Source: Strigamia acuminata
Taxonomy: Eukaryota
Length of the DNA stretch: 64,000 nt
NCBI GenBank assembly: GCA_949358305.1
Contig: OX442314.1
Coordinates: 11,408,001 to 11,472,000 of the forward strand
Direction: 5' to 3'
Within the stretch, counting starts at the first letter, position 1. Each line of letters opens with the position of its first letter. Below, piece by piece: positions 51,701 to 64,000 of this stretch. The position numbers and the translations under genes were made by a program. A model generated the notes under the pieces. It was not told where the DNA came from. It did no database searches and saw only the letters and a list, made by a program, of their open reading frames with translations.

Positions 51701-54700
51701 GGTGCGGAGATGATGAAGGAGATAGTTGGGTTTTAATTATTGGCCGGTAGAGAGTAGGCGTGGGTGGTATTTTTATTCGTATATATTTTTTTAAAAGCTC
51801 GCACAAAAGGGTTGAGAGTGGGTGTATACATTTGGCTGTGTAATATGATTGAGTGCTTGAGAAACACAATGCGAAAAGGTTGAATCGGTTTTACGTTGAT
51901 GATGAATTAATATTCATGATCGATGTGATGTTTGTTGTACCACCTGTTCGATTAAGTCATGTAATGATCATTTAATTGAGTCTAAATTCAAACGTAATAA
52001 ATCAATGAAAATTTATTAAATTATTTATTAAATGATTTTTCTGATTTTTAATTAATTAAAAAAAAAAAAAAGAAAAAATGTTCAATTTTCGATATTGGTT
52101 TTACTTATTTTTCTCTTTGTCTCAGGCTTAGCTACGCGTAATCAGAAGATGACCAGACGAAGGGATGCTGCGTGAAATCCCTCGTGATATGGATTGAGCT
52201 GCAGGACCCGGTCTCCATGTGTTGTTGTAATTTCTCTGTGATCCCGATCGGCCCGCGGTAAGGCACTCCTCTCAGGTGCAACTCCCTTTTCCGTTTCCAG
52301 GGGCAATGTTAGGGATGATCCGTCCCCCTTCGTAATTCAGTCTATTCTCTTAATGGATAGTGATCACTCAACTCTTTTAATACCCAATCGAATTTTTATC
52401 ATCTTCTTTGTTTCTTCCCATAAAAGAAAACTGTAATTAATGTTATGTTGTGTTTTTTTTGCGCCGGAGTAACAGGCGTCGGTGGTTAAGTACTAAAAGC
52501 ATAACGAAACGAAATTGATTGCATAAAATAGCAGATGGATACAAGTGCGCAATTAGAGTTGGAGTGAAATGGGCAATGCATGACCGATGACGCCACTCAA
52601 GTGGGCTGTGGAATGCATCAGGTGTTAATGATGACACGGAATAATAAAGATGGGGTTAGAACCTGGAGGGAGATGCGTCGTCTTAGTGACCCTGTTTAAA
52701 ACCAGGAATGCAAAATAGAGAGGAATTTCGCTTGCCCGAACGGAATATGACAGTAATTAATTTCTGCCACACACCTGAGGGTGACAAGTAAGTAGTAAGG
52801 CGACACCTTTGTGAAGGAAGGAGGGCTAAAACAAATTCTCAGACAGTCGAGTCAACTAGAACGCGCGCAATTTTGGATAAACGGATGAGAAAAGTGCCGG
52901 AAAGTCGATATTTTATGCTCAATACCGCTTGTTTTCTCATGCATCAGCCTCATGCCGAGGATATTCCCTCTTCCGATCACCAAAGAACACATCTACGTCT
53001 ATTGTTGTGATAATTTGGTTGTTCTCCAAGTTAATTTCATCGTCCAAAACAAAAATTCTAAATATGGAAAAATAATTTTGAACTAAAAATTAATCGAGTA
53101 CATTTTTATTAAAGATTAAATGACAAATTCAATCGCGATCGAAGCTCGGTGTTGACGCAATGTGATTTCTGCCCAGTGCCCCGATGGTAAAGACCGCGTA
53201 TTTAATTTGCCGTTTAATCTTTAATAAAACATCAATAAGGTAACGTGTTTTTTCATTTATTGTTGATATGTTAAATAAATATTATTGAATCAGTCTGAAA
53301 ATTTAATCTGACATTACTTGAGTGGTATATTTAGTAATCCTAAAAGGAAAATTAAATCAAAATATTGGAAGTTAATTTTTTTCAAATTTTTCGTCATTCC
53401 ACACACTTTTTGGACGCACCTTCGAGATAGAACTATTAATTTGAGTATATGATTCATAAAATGGACACAGACAAGGGTCATTTGGACGTCGCATTTCCTA
53501 AAACGAAGGAAGGAAATGCGGTCACGTTGAGTCGTTGTTGGTGCAGCTGGTGCGTTGATTTATACCGCCATGCCGGATATCTGCCCCGGTGTCAGTGGCC
53601 ATTAGAATCGGGGATGAGTCGGTCACGACTTTCCTCTCGGTCACTTTGCAGAGACAACGGGGGTCTGTGTTTGAAACGGGACATTACTTTCGCCTTTCAA
53701 GATCAAACTGATTCACTATCCAGTCTAAACAACCCCCACCCCGTCCCCCCCCCCCGCGCAAAAAATGGACCAATGAGGGCGGGGTCGAGCCGTGACCAAT
53801 ATCAACATCCTCCCTGGGCAACTGGAGGTGAATTTTCGCGTTCCCTACGGTGGAGTTTGAGGGTCGTTGCAAAGGGGAGTCTCTAATTAAACGTTTGCTC
53901 TCCTTTCAGTCGTTGCTCCTTTATTTTTTTTCTATCCCTCGGCTTCATTACCGATTTTATGGGGTGGGTCTCTCGAGTCCACTGTCCCTTTCTTTCTTAA
54001 GTGTGACGTAATTCAACAAACCTGATTCGAGGCTCTTTTTTTTTTCTCGGATTCTTTACCACTTTTTGATGGATTGGGAAAAAGTGCAAGTTGCTTCACC
54101 TTTGGGACCGATCGACGGGGACCTCGAAGAAGTGCGTTTACTGGCCAGTTCGACCAGAGGTACCCTTGGGTCACGCGTCTCCCACCCGTCCCAAGCGCCG
54201 ATCCCAGGGGGGCGACGATCCATCTGAAGCTGTCACGGTGATGGATGATCTGCCTGCCCACCTAGAGTTTGCTTGCCCTAATGTTAGGGCCGACCTGACC
54301 CCCGTGCAGCTGTTTCCCTTGGCTCAAGGAGGGTCAATGAAGAGAGAGACTGGGGGAGGAAAAAATAGATCTTGTTCTGTAAATAAAATACAAATTTGGA
54401 CGAAAAAATGTGCAATTATGGTAGTGGTCGTGACATATTTTTTTTTTGGAGGTGAAACTTAGTGGTGCGGTCATCCGGATAAGAGTTAAAGGTCGTTGTG
54501 CTTTTGGTGATGGTGGGAGTGGGGGAAAAATATGAGCGGATCTGTTTGTTTATGTAAAATTATAATTGTATTAAAATTACGCGCAATATGGATCGTTGGA
54601 AACTGGTTTTGGTTTGGGTAACTTATTACGGGGAGATGTAAATGTAATTTGTAATGGTAATGTTTTTAGTTTTTTTTTTTTTGTAATTTGAGGAAAATTT

Positions 54701-57700
54701 GTGGCGGTTCGCAAAAAGTTTGTTTGTAGTTTTTCGCGAGAAAAAGGAAGAAATAATTCCTGGATTTTCTGCAGGGGAAATGGAGTTGACGTGTGGAATT
54801 GCGATGCAGAAATTATTTCAAATTGTTTCGCACAAAATAAAAAGTGAAATTTTTTTTAAAATTTTTAATTTTTTAAATTTTTAAAAATTTTTCGACATAA
54901 AACAAAAAAAAAACAGTTTTGATATTTATTTAGATAAATTTTGGAAATTCATTTCCGTATACTGACGCGAGTTATTCGAAATCCAAGCAGTTTAAATGTA
55001 AATCTAGAGACATTCCAAATTACACAGTTTTATTAGCTACTCGGGTTTGACATATTAGGAAACGCGAGGTTATTTAATCGCCTGTGGACGGAACTGCGCC
55101 CACCTGACCTGTGGACCCGGTCTGAGCATTCAACACGGTTGTGTACGCAGGTGCAATGCAGTCTCTGTTTTTGTCAATTTTAACGTGGGTTCACGAGGTG
55201 AAAGTTGATTTTTTTTCACCCAGCACGTGCGTGGACGAATGTACGATAATTCCATCAAGGATGAGATATCCGACCGTAGTTTGTCTAACACCTGGTGACC
55301 AGGTGAGAATCATACTTAGTGATAAACACCAAATAAGGAATTGCCGAACAAGGTGTGTAGAAAATGGAAGAAAAGAGTTTCCAGCTGCGAAAAGTAATTT
55401 TATATGTTAAAATAAAAAAGAGAAAAAATGAAAAAATGAGAAATTGTGCGTTTGTTTTGGACTTCGTGACGCCGTTGGTTAATAGAGAAAGAAGAGAGGG
55501 GAGAAGGAATGTAACGACATCACTTGTATGCCAGTAGTGCGAGGGTAAGACGAGGTGTAGGTGCTTGAAACCATAAGTAGGATGAATAAAGGAAGGACAT
55601 GACCGGTTGGTGGATCCTTCGTCTGATAAACTCCATTTCTGTGATTAGTTTTTATGGCACAAGTGGCAGAAGTGGCGCGGTGGTTTCCACCGGGAAGAAA
55701 AGTAAACTAACAAAGAGGGGAGGAAAGTTGTGGTCAATGTACTTCAACTTTCCCATGTAATGTGCGGTCTTTATTACGTTATGTAAAAGAGATGCAACTT
55801 GCCTTGTATCTTGTAATCTCAGGAATGTAAATGGTCAGTTTTCTTTCCGTATGTGACTGAGGGATTAATTTTTTTAAGTTATAATGTTGGATGCGCAACA
55901 CTTTTGCTCGAGTTTTGCATTTTAGAAAAATTATTTTTAAATTTTTGCAAATTTTGCTAAAATTATTTGGGGTGAAAAAATAAAAATATTTTTTATGTTT
56001 TTGTTTTAAATTAGATATTTTTTTTTTTTTTTTTTTAAAAAAAAATTCTATTAAACAACTCATTTTGCATCCTGCTGCCAACGTGCACTGATTTCATCTC
56101 GTCTTATTAATATGAATAAAGCACTCCTGTGTGGTCATTTAAGTAAGAGCGAAATGATAAATAATAACAATAATTATTATAGTAAACGACTGATAAATTA
56201 AATCTCTTTTAATATCTAAAACACACGTTTTTGCAAAACTGGTTGTAACGAGGAAGGGAAAGAAGTGCTATCATGCGATTAGATTTAATATCACTCATTT
56301 GCATTAATTTAATTTTTTTTGTTGTCCGTTTTTCTAATTTTTACGAGGCATTCATTCGGCGAAAGGGTTTCGTTCTCAGGACTTGGCTGTCACGATACGT
56401 GATAAAACGTGTTGTATATGTGCGTTACGTGGTGACGTCTTTCTCGGGTGGACAGATGGAGGCACCCGTGAGACGTTAAGATTTAAACAGCAGATAAGGA
56501 AGGGAATAATTTTAGAGAAAAGTCTAAAAGAAAAAAACAAAAGGCGTTTTGAGTGCGAATTTTTAAGTAGTTAGGGGAGGTGTTATCAGGTGGCACGGGT
56601 GCCCCTCGTGGAGCGTCCATGCATAAGTCACGAATTGCGGGGGAGGATGTAGTCGATCGACCCTCGTCCATTGGCGGGGTCCACGAGGGACGCAAATTTG
56701 AGCACGATGACACGGCAACCTTGGCCGTCTCATGCACTTTTAAAACCCCGGGTGGCCCACAACCAATCACTGATCTCGAGTGGACCGCCACAATCGCGAC
56801 AAGAACCATTTTACCTATAAAAAGTTAATTCTTGCTCTGACTTTTCGCTTCTTTTTTCTTTGGGAAGGAAAGAAAAAAGAAAAAAAAAATTAAAAATGGA
56901 AAGAAAAACAATTAAATTTTTATTTGGGAAATTTTAGACAATTTTATTTATTAAGAAAGGGGAAAATGTTTTACACTCGTTTTATCTCGGTCGATGCGAT
57001 TTCTAATAACAAATAAATAAATAAATAAGACTTGTCTAATATTATTTGTTATTAAAAAAAATTTAAATTCAGAATTGTGAAGTCGAAATCAGATTCTGAG
57101 TAATTTTTTTTTGCTTCCATCGACGTTAATGAATGGACGTATAAAAACATGTGTGAGACGATTCAATTTTCTAAGCAATTTTCGAAATCACTTATTCATA
57201 AATGAATTGCAGCAAAGCACGGGGGCAGCATATCTCGAATTTTTGATGAAAACAATTGAAGGAAATTTTTTTAAATTAAACAAAAAAAAAAAAAAAAAAA
57301 AATGCATCACAAAGCACCAATTTCCTACTCAAAACTTGATCACATAATTCCACCCATCAATTTAAAAAACATTATTATTTACTATTTATTATTATTTATT
57401 TATTAATTATTATTATTTGCTTATTTTTATATTTTTATGATTTTTTTTCCCTTTTTTTTCTCTTCAGATGGCGTTTTCTTTCGGATGTCGAGAAAAGAAA
57501 AATTACTTCTTAATAAGAGGCACATGCCATGGCGACCAGTTTGAAGTTGACAGGCGAAGGCCAGCACGCGCATCGTTTGCAGTCCTTCGAAAATTAATGC
57601 CGCCACCCACGCCACGGCAAGCCCACAATTAATATGCACGGTGCAGCGTCGCACGCACGGGGGCTGATGGCCGACAGATGTAGATTAGGTGGCGAATGGG

Positions 57701-60449
57701 CTCGACCCTCGGCCTTCCCTCAGCCACTGTCGTTTTTGCAGCAGAGGCACGCAGAGCTTATCGCCCGAGTGCAGGAGGCGACGGACGCTCTCTGACGAAC
57801 GCGAGGCGAGGCGAGGCGAGGGGGACACGTACGTAGAAAAATGTGGGCGCATACGTTTTAACCCTTTTTTATGAATAAATTGATTAAAAGCGTCTTAGAA
57901 AGGGAAGAAAAAGCGTCTGGGGAGGAAAAAAGATGAGAGGATTTGCCAAGTTTAATTAACTCTGGAGTTTATTGAGGTGCAATAAACTCGCCCCCCTTTT
58001 TATTTACCCCGTCGTAGACTTTTTTTTAATTGGGATAATCAGTTAAGAAAGTTGTTAATGAGTTTGGTCAGTTTTTAGTTGTTGTTTTTTGTTTTGTTTG
58101 GAGCGCCCATCACTTGTCGCTGCGTTTTTGTTTGGCACGTGACGTGTGGCCATCTCTAGGGAGGGCGTTGGTCAGCGAGGGTGTGGGATGTGGGTGGTGA
58201 CAGCGACGCGTCGTTGCCATGACTACGTTGGGTTTACGTTGAGTGGCAAATGGAAGTAGCGGTGACTCGGAACGAGATTTGTGCATCTTAAGCAGTTCGT
58301 GGTTTTGATAAAACATTTTTTTTTCGTTCCGTCTATTGTGTAGACGCGTCGTATTTTTTCCTGACTTTTATCGTTCCTTCCAAACCGGGTACTGTTTGTT
58401 TATGGACAGTGTGGTATTTTCTACTCAAGACGCTCGTATCTGCTCCAGGAGAGGTAGTGGCAGTGCAAAAACAATATATTACATTTTGTGAACATTAAAT
58501 GAACGAGTCTGCAATTTTTGATGTCGCCAAATTCAATCTAAATAGTGTTTATGCAATTATGCGCGTGATTGGTGGAACTGATATCGTGTGACAAATCCAA
58601 AAGTGCGAAAATCGCATTTCAAACTTTTATTTCTAACAAAAGTTGTGTTAATTTTTTAAGAGGTTGAGGTGGTGGGGTAGTTTAATTTTGTTTCGGTCGT
58701 AAAAATAAAACAAGGGATCGGGGAATTGTTTGCGACGATTGGCAATTGGAGAAAACAGCAACATTTGAGGTTTGCAATCGAGTTGCATGACTTAACACGC
58801 CGCTCGAACACTCGAACGAGTTAACTTTATTTTTTATTGCACCAATTGGTGAAGTGAGTTTGTGCGCGTGACATTAGCATTTGGTTCATTGCAAGATGCT
58901 GGAAATTGCTTTCTTTTTCCTCTGTCGCGCGCAGCTATCCGCCGTTAGTTTGTACCGTCACCGTCCGAGGGCGCTTCTCCTAATTTCCCATCGACTCGAT
59001 TCAACATGTGCGCTGGCTGGCACGCCGTGATCGGTCGACTGAATTGGAGGGGAAATGGCGGTTTTCTTTGCAAATGAGGTGACGCTAAATCAGCACAACA
59101 AAATCCTACTTTGTTTATTTCTTGTTTCATGAATAAAATTTACTGCTCGCTTGAAAAAGAAAGAAAGATAAAAAAAATATATACAATTTTGCAAGCTGGA
59201 GTTTTCAAAGATGGAGGTCAAATCGAGGCTTGTTGCAGATGAACCAGAGACGCAATGACCCTTCGTATCAGCAGCTTTTCATTTCTTTTGTGGTCGTAAA
59301 ACGGGGGTGGGAATGTTTAAGAAAAGGGATAAACATGCAAAGTGTCTTCAGCCTTTTTGATTTATGGCTGACGTGTCATTGAGATGCGCAGCTATTTTTT
59401 ATTTATTGTGTCAGAGAAGAAAAGAATTGACTTTTCAATATTTCTTTGATGCACAGTCAATTCAATGCTCGATTCACGCTCGAGTTTGGGCTTAAAAATC
59501 GTTTTGGCGCGTCTTAATTTTATTGTTTCGTTTTTTTTGTTTCGTTTGCCACTTTGTTCTTCCGTGTGGCATTATTATTAATATTGCATCTCATCAAGTG
59601 TAGCTTAATGCCACGACTAATTAATGAGATGAAAACAACACAAATATTTCCCCAAAGTCTTTTCTCAAACACATTCGGTTATTGAGATGAGAAAGGAGCA
59701 GGATGTGCACGGGAAGGAAACATAATTAATAATTATTTCCTACAAGTATCATGTTGTGATCTCAACTTGAATGGTAGTAAACAAGTTGATCACCTAATTA
59801 ACCGTCACCCCTTCTTTTCACACCCTCTTCAATAAATATCAGGAGAAAACTCAAATAGCAATTATTCAAAATTATTTATTTTTATGGCGACAGTCGATCC
59901 TTTTTTCTCGAGGCTTACACATTCTCCCGACAGACGGAGACAAGCGCGCTATTGCCGGGCGGCCATGACTGCGTCGCCGAAAGAGACCTTAATTTCTATA
60001 AATCTGGCCTTTTATTTGGGTTTTGAAAGTGTAGTGTGAGGAATTTTGAATTAGAAGTCAAAATTGATTTATTTTTTTTGATTGTGTACTGTGGTATTGT
60101 GGGAAAAAAGAGAAGAATGAGGGTGAGAGAAGAGTTCAAAGTGGACATCTCTTCACGTGCCAATAAACAAGGAGTGTGATGACAAACCAAAGCCTCGTCT
60201 GCATACTAAAAGATGGCATCTGTCCGAAAGGGTCCAGTTGTGTTGACAACGCCATCTGCATTGCCAATATCGCATCCCAGTGTAATCCACTGATATTTTA
60301 AAATATGCATGCGACAAGGGATGCAATTTAAACTTGTGTCGGATTGATCTCTCAGCACGTACGCCGGGTCATCCAAACCAGCAACGAAGAAGACAAAAAA
60401 ATATAGAATACAGAAATCTTTATTTGCATTTTAAATTTAAATTTATTAG

Positions 60450-60466
60450 ATTTATTTTTATTTTTA

Positions 60467-60497
<31 letters not shown>

Positions 60498-60530
60498 TTA
60501 TTTTATTTTATTTTATTTTATTTTATTTTA
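60450..60530. repeat. (TTTTTA)n/(TTTTA)n microsatellite
   Basis: Directly visible hexamer run followed by a pentamer run. Confidence 0.95.
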
Positions 60531-61163
60531 GTGAGAACACGTGGTCGTAATTAAAGGTGTGCGATAAGTTGCCATGGGAACATCATGTTGAGATCAGTGG
60601 TGCGAAGACAAATGAGCTCATCAACAATGTGCTAATGGTTGACAATCCGACAATTTATCTATTTTACAGATAACCGGGAACATCTGTTGAAAATTTCCTG
60701 CCATTTGGCTTGAGGGTGATGCCAGCGCCATTTTTTTCCTCTCCCGGCTTGTATATGGCGTACATGAATTCTCCGCATTTGGTTGGCAGCGCTGAAGATT
60801 ACTTTTTTTTTAATTCATGATAATTTTTCTCCATGGATTAATTAAGTGCACTATGTCAAGTTTACAATGTTGATTTTTTTATGACGTTGATAAGGAGTTT
60901 TTTTTTTTTTCTGCTCTCCTCCCTCTTTTTCTTCTTTGGTTTGAGTATATCGCGTAAATTATCTTTTCTTACAAGTGCAGACAAACGACGAGAGCATTAA
61001 GAAATTAATTTTGCGCGCACCCGATCTTATCATTGAGACGACGGAAGCTCAGCAGCTGAGAAACGCAAGAAAATCACTTGTTCCGCACCCCTCGCTCGTC
61101 AAAACACAAGATCGTTGGGTACCACGGCCATTTTATTTTTTTAATTAATAAAATCGAAGCGTC

Positions 61164-61178
61164 AGCGCCATCTTGTGA
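61164..61178 (-). promoter_or_regulatory. Possible CTCF-like site
   Basis: The minus strand reads CACAAGATGGCGCTG, matching the AGRTGGCGC core. It lies between the right-edge gene and the large regulatory region. It also matches the Pho/YY1 motif. Confidence 0.25.
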
Positions 61179-61534
61179 TCAATTTCCAAAGTTGTTTAGA
61201 GGATCCAGGCAGCTTTAAAGTGGGATATAAATGACACGTTGAGAGGAAAACGAGTTTTCAATTTTGAAAAAAAAAAAAAAAAAGGAAACAAACAAAAATT
61301 GGGAGATGTTTTATTACAGTAATAAAACATCCTGGAAGTAAAAAAAATGATTTACAATACACAAAAAATCAGTGAATTTTAAAGAGGAATGAGGAAAATT
61401 CATGGGATTTTTCGTGTTTACATGTAAATTTTAAAACCACAGAGATCAAACGTTAACCTCCAGTTCTAAAAACAAACCAGAGCTTAGACAACACGTGTAA
61501 ACAACAGTTTTGCTCAAAACATTAAAAATATATA

Positions 61535-61726
61535 TTTTTTAGACTTCTAAACCTGATGTTTAGAAAGTCTATTAAAACGGTCATGTCTGTCTGTCCGTCC
61601 GGGCACTTCCGGCTTCATTCCACTTTTCATGACGTCATTTCCGGAAGCGTCTAAATCCAACATTCGGTTTAGGGGTTTAGAAGTCTAATATGTAATGCGT
61701 CCGTGCATTACAGATGTTTACTTGTT
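61535..61726 (+). mobile_element. DINE-1/HINE-like non-autonomous Helentron (rolling-circle) element
   Basis: Perfect 15-bp subterminal inverted repeats TTAGACTTCTAAACC (61539-61553) and GGTTTAGAAGTCTAA (61674-61688). A partial inverted copy lies next to the 5' repeat (61558-61571), followed by a GTCY microsatellite GTCTGTCTGTCCGTCC (61585-61600), a 3' stem-loop TGTAATGC-N6-GCATTACA (61691-61712) and a CTTGTT end. The 5' end sits in a T-run. This is the full DINE-1 architecture. Confidence 0.85.
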
Positions 61727-62678
61727 AAAAATTAATATCTTGTGAAGATGACCGGCAATGATCAAAAGACCTTTGGAATACTAACATCGCAATTGAAATA
61801 GAAGTCCACATTTTAAAATCTTCTGAATTACGAATCAAATATGAAATGTTACATGTTTTATACCGCAGTTTTCTTTCCTTTTATTGTGTATAACTGTACG
61901 TAACTATCGTCTTTTCTTCATAAACCCTTCCTTTGGCCTTTTATCTTGCGGCTATTTTGTGTTTTCTCTTCTTCACCAGCAGATTTAATTAAAAGTGTAA
62001 GGAGAAAAGATAAGAATTTTTTTCCTCCTTCTTCTTCTCGCTCTCTGCCACACGTTTGACATGACAAAAGAGCCAGTGGACACCTGTTTCGAGTGAAAAG
62101 TTACACCTGGCAGCGATCCTGGCGGTGTCTTTGAGAAATTCTGTCTCCAAGCGTGTGAAACTCGATAAAAAGGTGCTCTGGACCACGACTGCCACGCGAT
62201 AACACTCGCCATTGCCCCTGCGGACAGTTCTTGTTCGTTTCAACCTTTCTTTCTCACTTTTTTTTGCTTTCTAGTTTCATTTCCTGACATGCATTTTTTT
62301 CTTCTTCATTTCTTTCAGACTTTTACCTTCTTCCAATCTGCATAAACGATTCTGGTCCTGCTTTTGATGACAGTCTGTCAAGGATGCCAACGAATAAGAG
62401 TCACGAGCACGAAGCATTACAGGTACAGGCGCCATGTTAGATGCCACATTAGTGTCAAGAGAGGATAGTATAATGGCTGTCGACTCATGCCTCATCATCG
62501 ACTGTCAATTGAACAACAATTTCCCCCACTGGCAACCATGGACAAACTTTTGATAAAAATGTGAGGTCATAGCAACGACTGTTTGTAGATTGGAAACTAA
62601 AGTTTCCATTTTGCTGCTAGTAATTGGAAAATTGCTAAATCTTAATTTCAAAAAAATAATAATAGTAACAATAATAAG

Positions 62679-62786
62679 CTGCAGTAAAAAAGTTTCTAGG
62701 TTGTATCGAATTACGTCCAGGAAATGTGGAATTTTTTAGCATTGCCGCAACATTGTTTATCTTTTGCCCCTAGAGCTTTACTGCAG
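62679..62786. mobile_element. Possible ~108-bp MITE relic
   Basis: CTGCAGTAAA and TTTACTGCAG are perfect 10-bp inverted ends, extending inward to TCTAGG/CCTAGA. They resemble CAGTAAA-type Tc1/mariner MITE ends. Confidence 0.4.
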
Positions 62787-63378
62787 TTCACGAACTAATA
62801 AAATATACGGTAGTCTATAGTAATTCCTCGGATATAAATGGAAGAAATGTTGAAATCAGTTTTTTTCAACAGATTTACGGATTATTATGCATGATCATAC
62901 ACTAAGTGCAGTGTGTTAATATTACTTTAATATGATTAAACATGAAGATACTACAAGGTTAATGGTTTACAATATGGGTAAGGAAGCGATACAAGACTTT
63001 TACGTGATTAGTTATTACATAGTTTGCAGCTGATACTTTTCTGTTATAACTGTAATATGTATTGGAAAACTCAGAACGAACAGATCTTACGCTATAAATG
63101 AAAATAGCGCAGCTAATCCGGTAGTTTTACACTATTTATGTTAATAATACGTCACTCACTTGTCAGCTGAAATGCAAATGTATTACTTCAAATTGTTGCC
63201 ATTTGCATTTTTCGCTTCGGAGACGTGTATGAATCAAATGACACTTATTGGAAAGTTAGTTAAACAACAAATGCGGTTACAATTAGTAAAAATGGTGTAA
63301 CATGATTGTTTAGGCACTGTAACATGAACAACTGCTTCGGTGTTCTGATTATAAGCTGCGACTGGATCGTATTTATCC

Positions 63379-63384
63379 TTTATT
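63379..63384 (-). promoter_or_regulatory. Candidate polyadenylation signal AATAAA for the right-edge gene
   Basis: TTTATT on the plus strand, about 460 nt downstream of the stop. It is the first canonical hexamer I found after the stop. Confidence 0.3.
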
Positions 63385-63840
63385 TTATCCCTTCAAATCT
63401 TCAAAATTAAGATTGCTTCGCACATGTTGCGTGCTCTTTGACAATAAGTTAGAACAGAAATTTTGACAAAATTGTTATTGTTTACAATAATTGTTAAGTT
63501 TTGTTACTCTCTGCTCGTATTTTCAAGTAATAATGACATTGAGAGCTTTTTAAATTCATTTTCACAACAAAATTGATTTAGAATTATAAATCTAGCGTAA
63601 TTACCCTGAATTAATTTTTTCTTCAGGTCTCTATCGTAACACCCCGTGTTGTAATAGGGACTCGCGCACTAATTGCAAATCTCAACTTTCCACGCGTTTA
63701 AATAGAGATCCGTGGTCTAATGGAGACCCGTGCACAAAAAGAGAAAACACGATACACATTTCACACACTTTTGTTACACTATTTCTAATATAAAACTAAG
63801 GAAAATTGTAAGAAAAAAGTACGTGCCGCAAACTGTTCTT

Positions 63841-63999
63841 CTAAACTTGTTGAAAGGGTTGACTTGTAGGAGAGCGTGGCCTCACGACCAGATCGAGCAG
63901 ACTTGTATTCTTGTGGGCGATGGTGTGGACATCAGGTGTGGGCAACAGGGGCAGCGACCGGTTGGGGTAGAACGGCATCAGAGGCGTCGTGGCGTTGTG
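63841..63999 (-). CDS. Terminal coding portion of an unidentified gene entering from the right edge (partial, Pro-rich C-terminus)
   Basis: The minus-strand frame is open from the edge to TAG at 63843-63841 and reads HNATTPLMPFYPNRSLPLLPTPDVHTIAHKNTSLLDLVVRPRSPTSQPFQQV*. 19 of the first 20 codons end in G/C, and GC drops abruptly to AT-rich UTR-like sequence after the stop. An alternative frame (PQRHDASDAVLPQPVAAPVAHT*) cannot be fully excluded. No recognisable domain. Confidence 0.65.
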   Translation of the reverse strand, partial: HNATTPLMPFYPNRSLPLLPTPDVHTIAHKNTSLLDLVVRPRSPTSQPFQQV

Positions 64000-64000
64000 G

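Noticed and set aside
57689..57720. MANGLDPRP as a tarsal-less/mille-pattes-like smORF
   Set aside because: It lacks the LDPTGxY motif, starts at GTG, and is not repeated.

Overview
This is AT-rich, homopolymer-rich eukaryotic DNA, probably from an insect (inferred from composition, a DINE-1-like element and arthropod-type motifs; the species cannot be determined). It is almost entirely non-coding, and I found no operons, rRNA, tRNA or CRISPR arrays. The long ORFs in the ORF track come from repeats or chance. Supported content: (1) the C-terminal end of an unidentified minus-strand gene at the right edge (63841-63999); (2) four minus-strand exon candidates (33.5 kb, 12.1 kb, 5.1 kb, 0.45 kb) that all end at GT donors in phase 0, three of them ATG-led, suggesting a large gene with alternative first exons whose body lies left of the window; (3) a frameshifted Ty3/Gypsy RNase H relic, a complete ~190-bp DINE-1/Helentron-type non-autonomous element and a few weaker MITE relics; (4) about 11 T-tract minisatellites, nearly all with periods of 20-21, 30-31 or 41-42 bp (whole helical turns), several sharing a TTTTGGTC core; (5) a regulatory landscape with excess Pho/YY1-type AANATGGCG sites, a K50-homeodomain site cluster, and Su(H) and octamer sites; (6) possible plus-strand (antisense) spliced non-coding exons. 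Nothing here proves a new biological system. The helically phased arrays, the phase-0 exon series and the antisense splice cassettes are the best leads. Repeat boundaries are approximate and all counts were made by eye.
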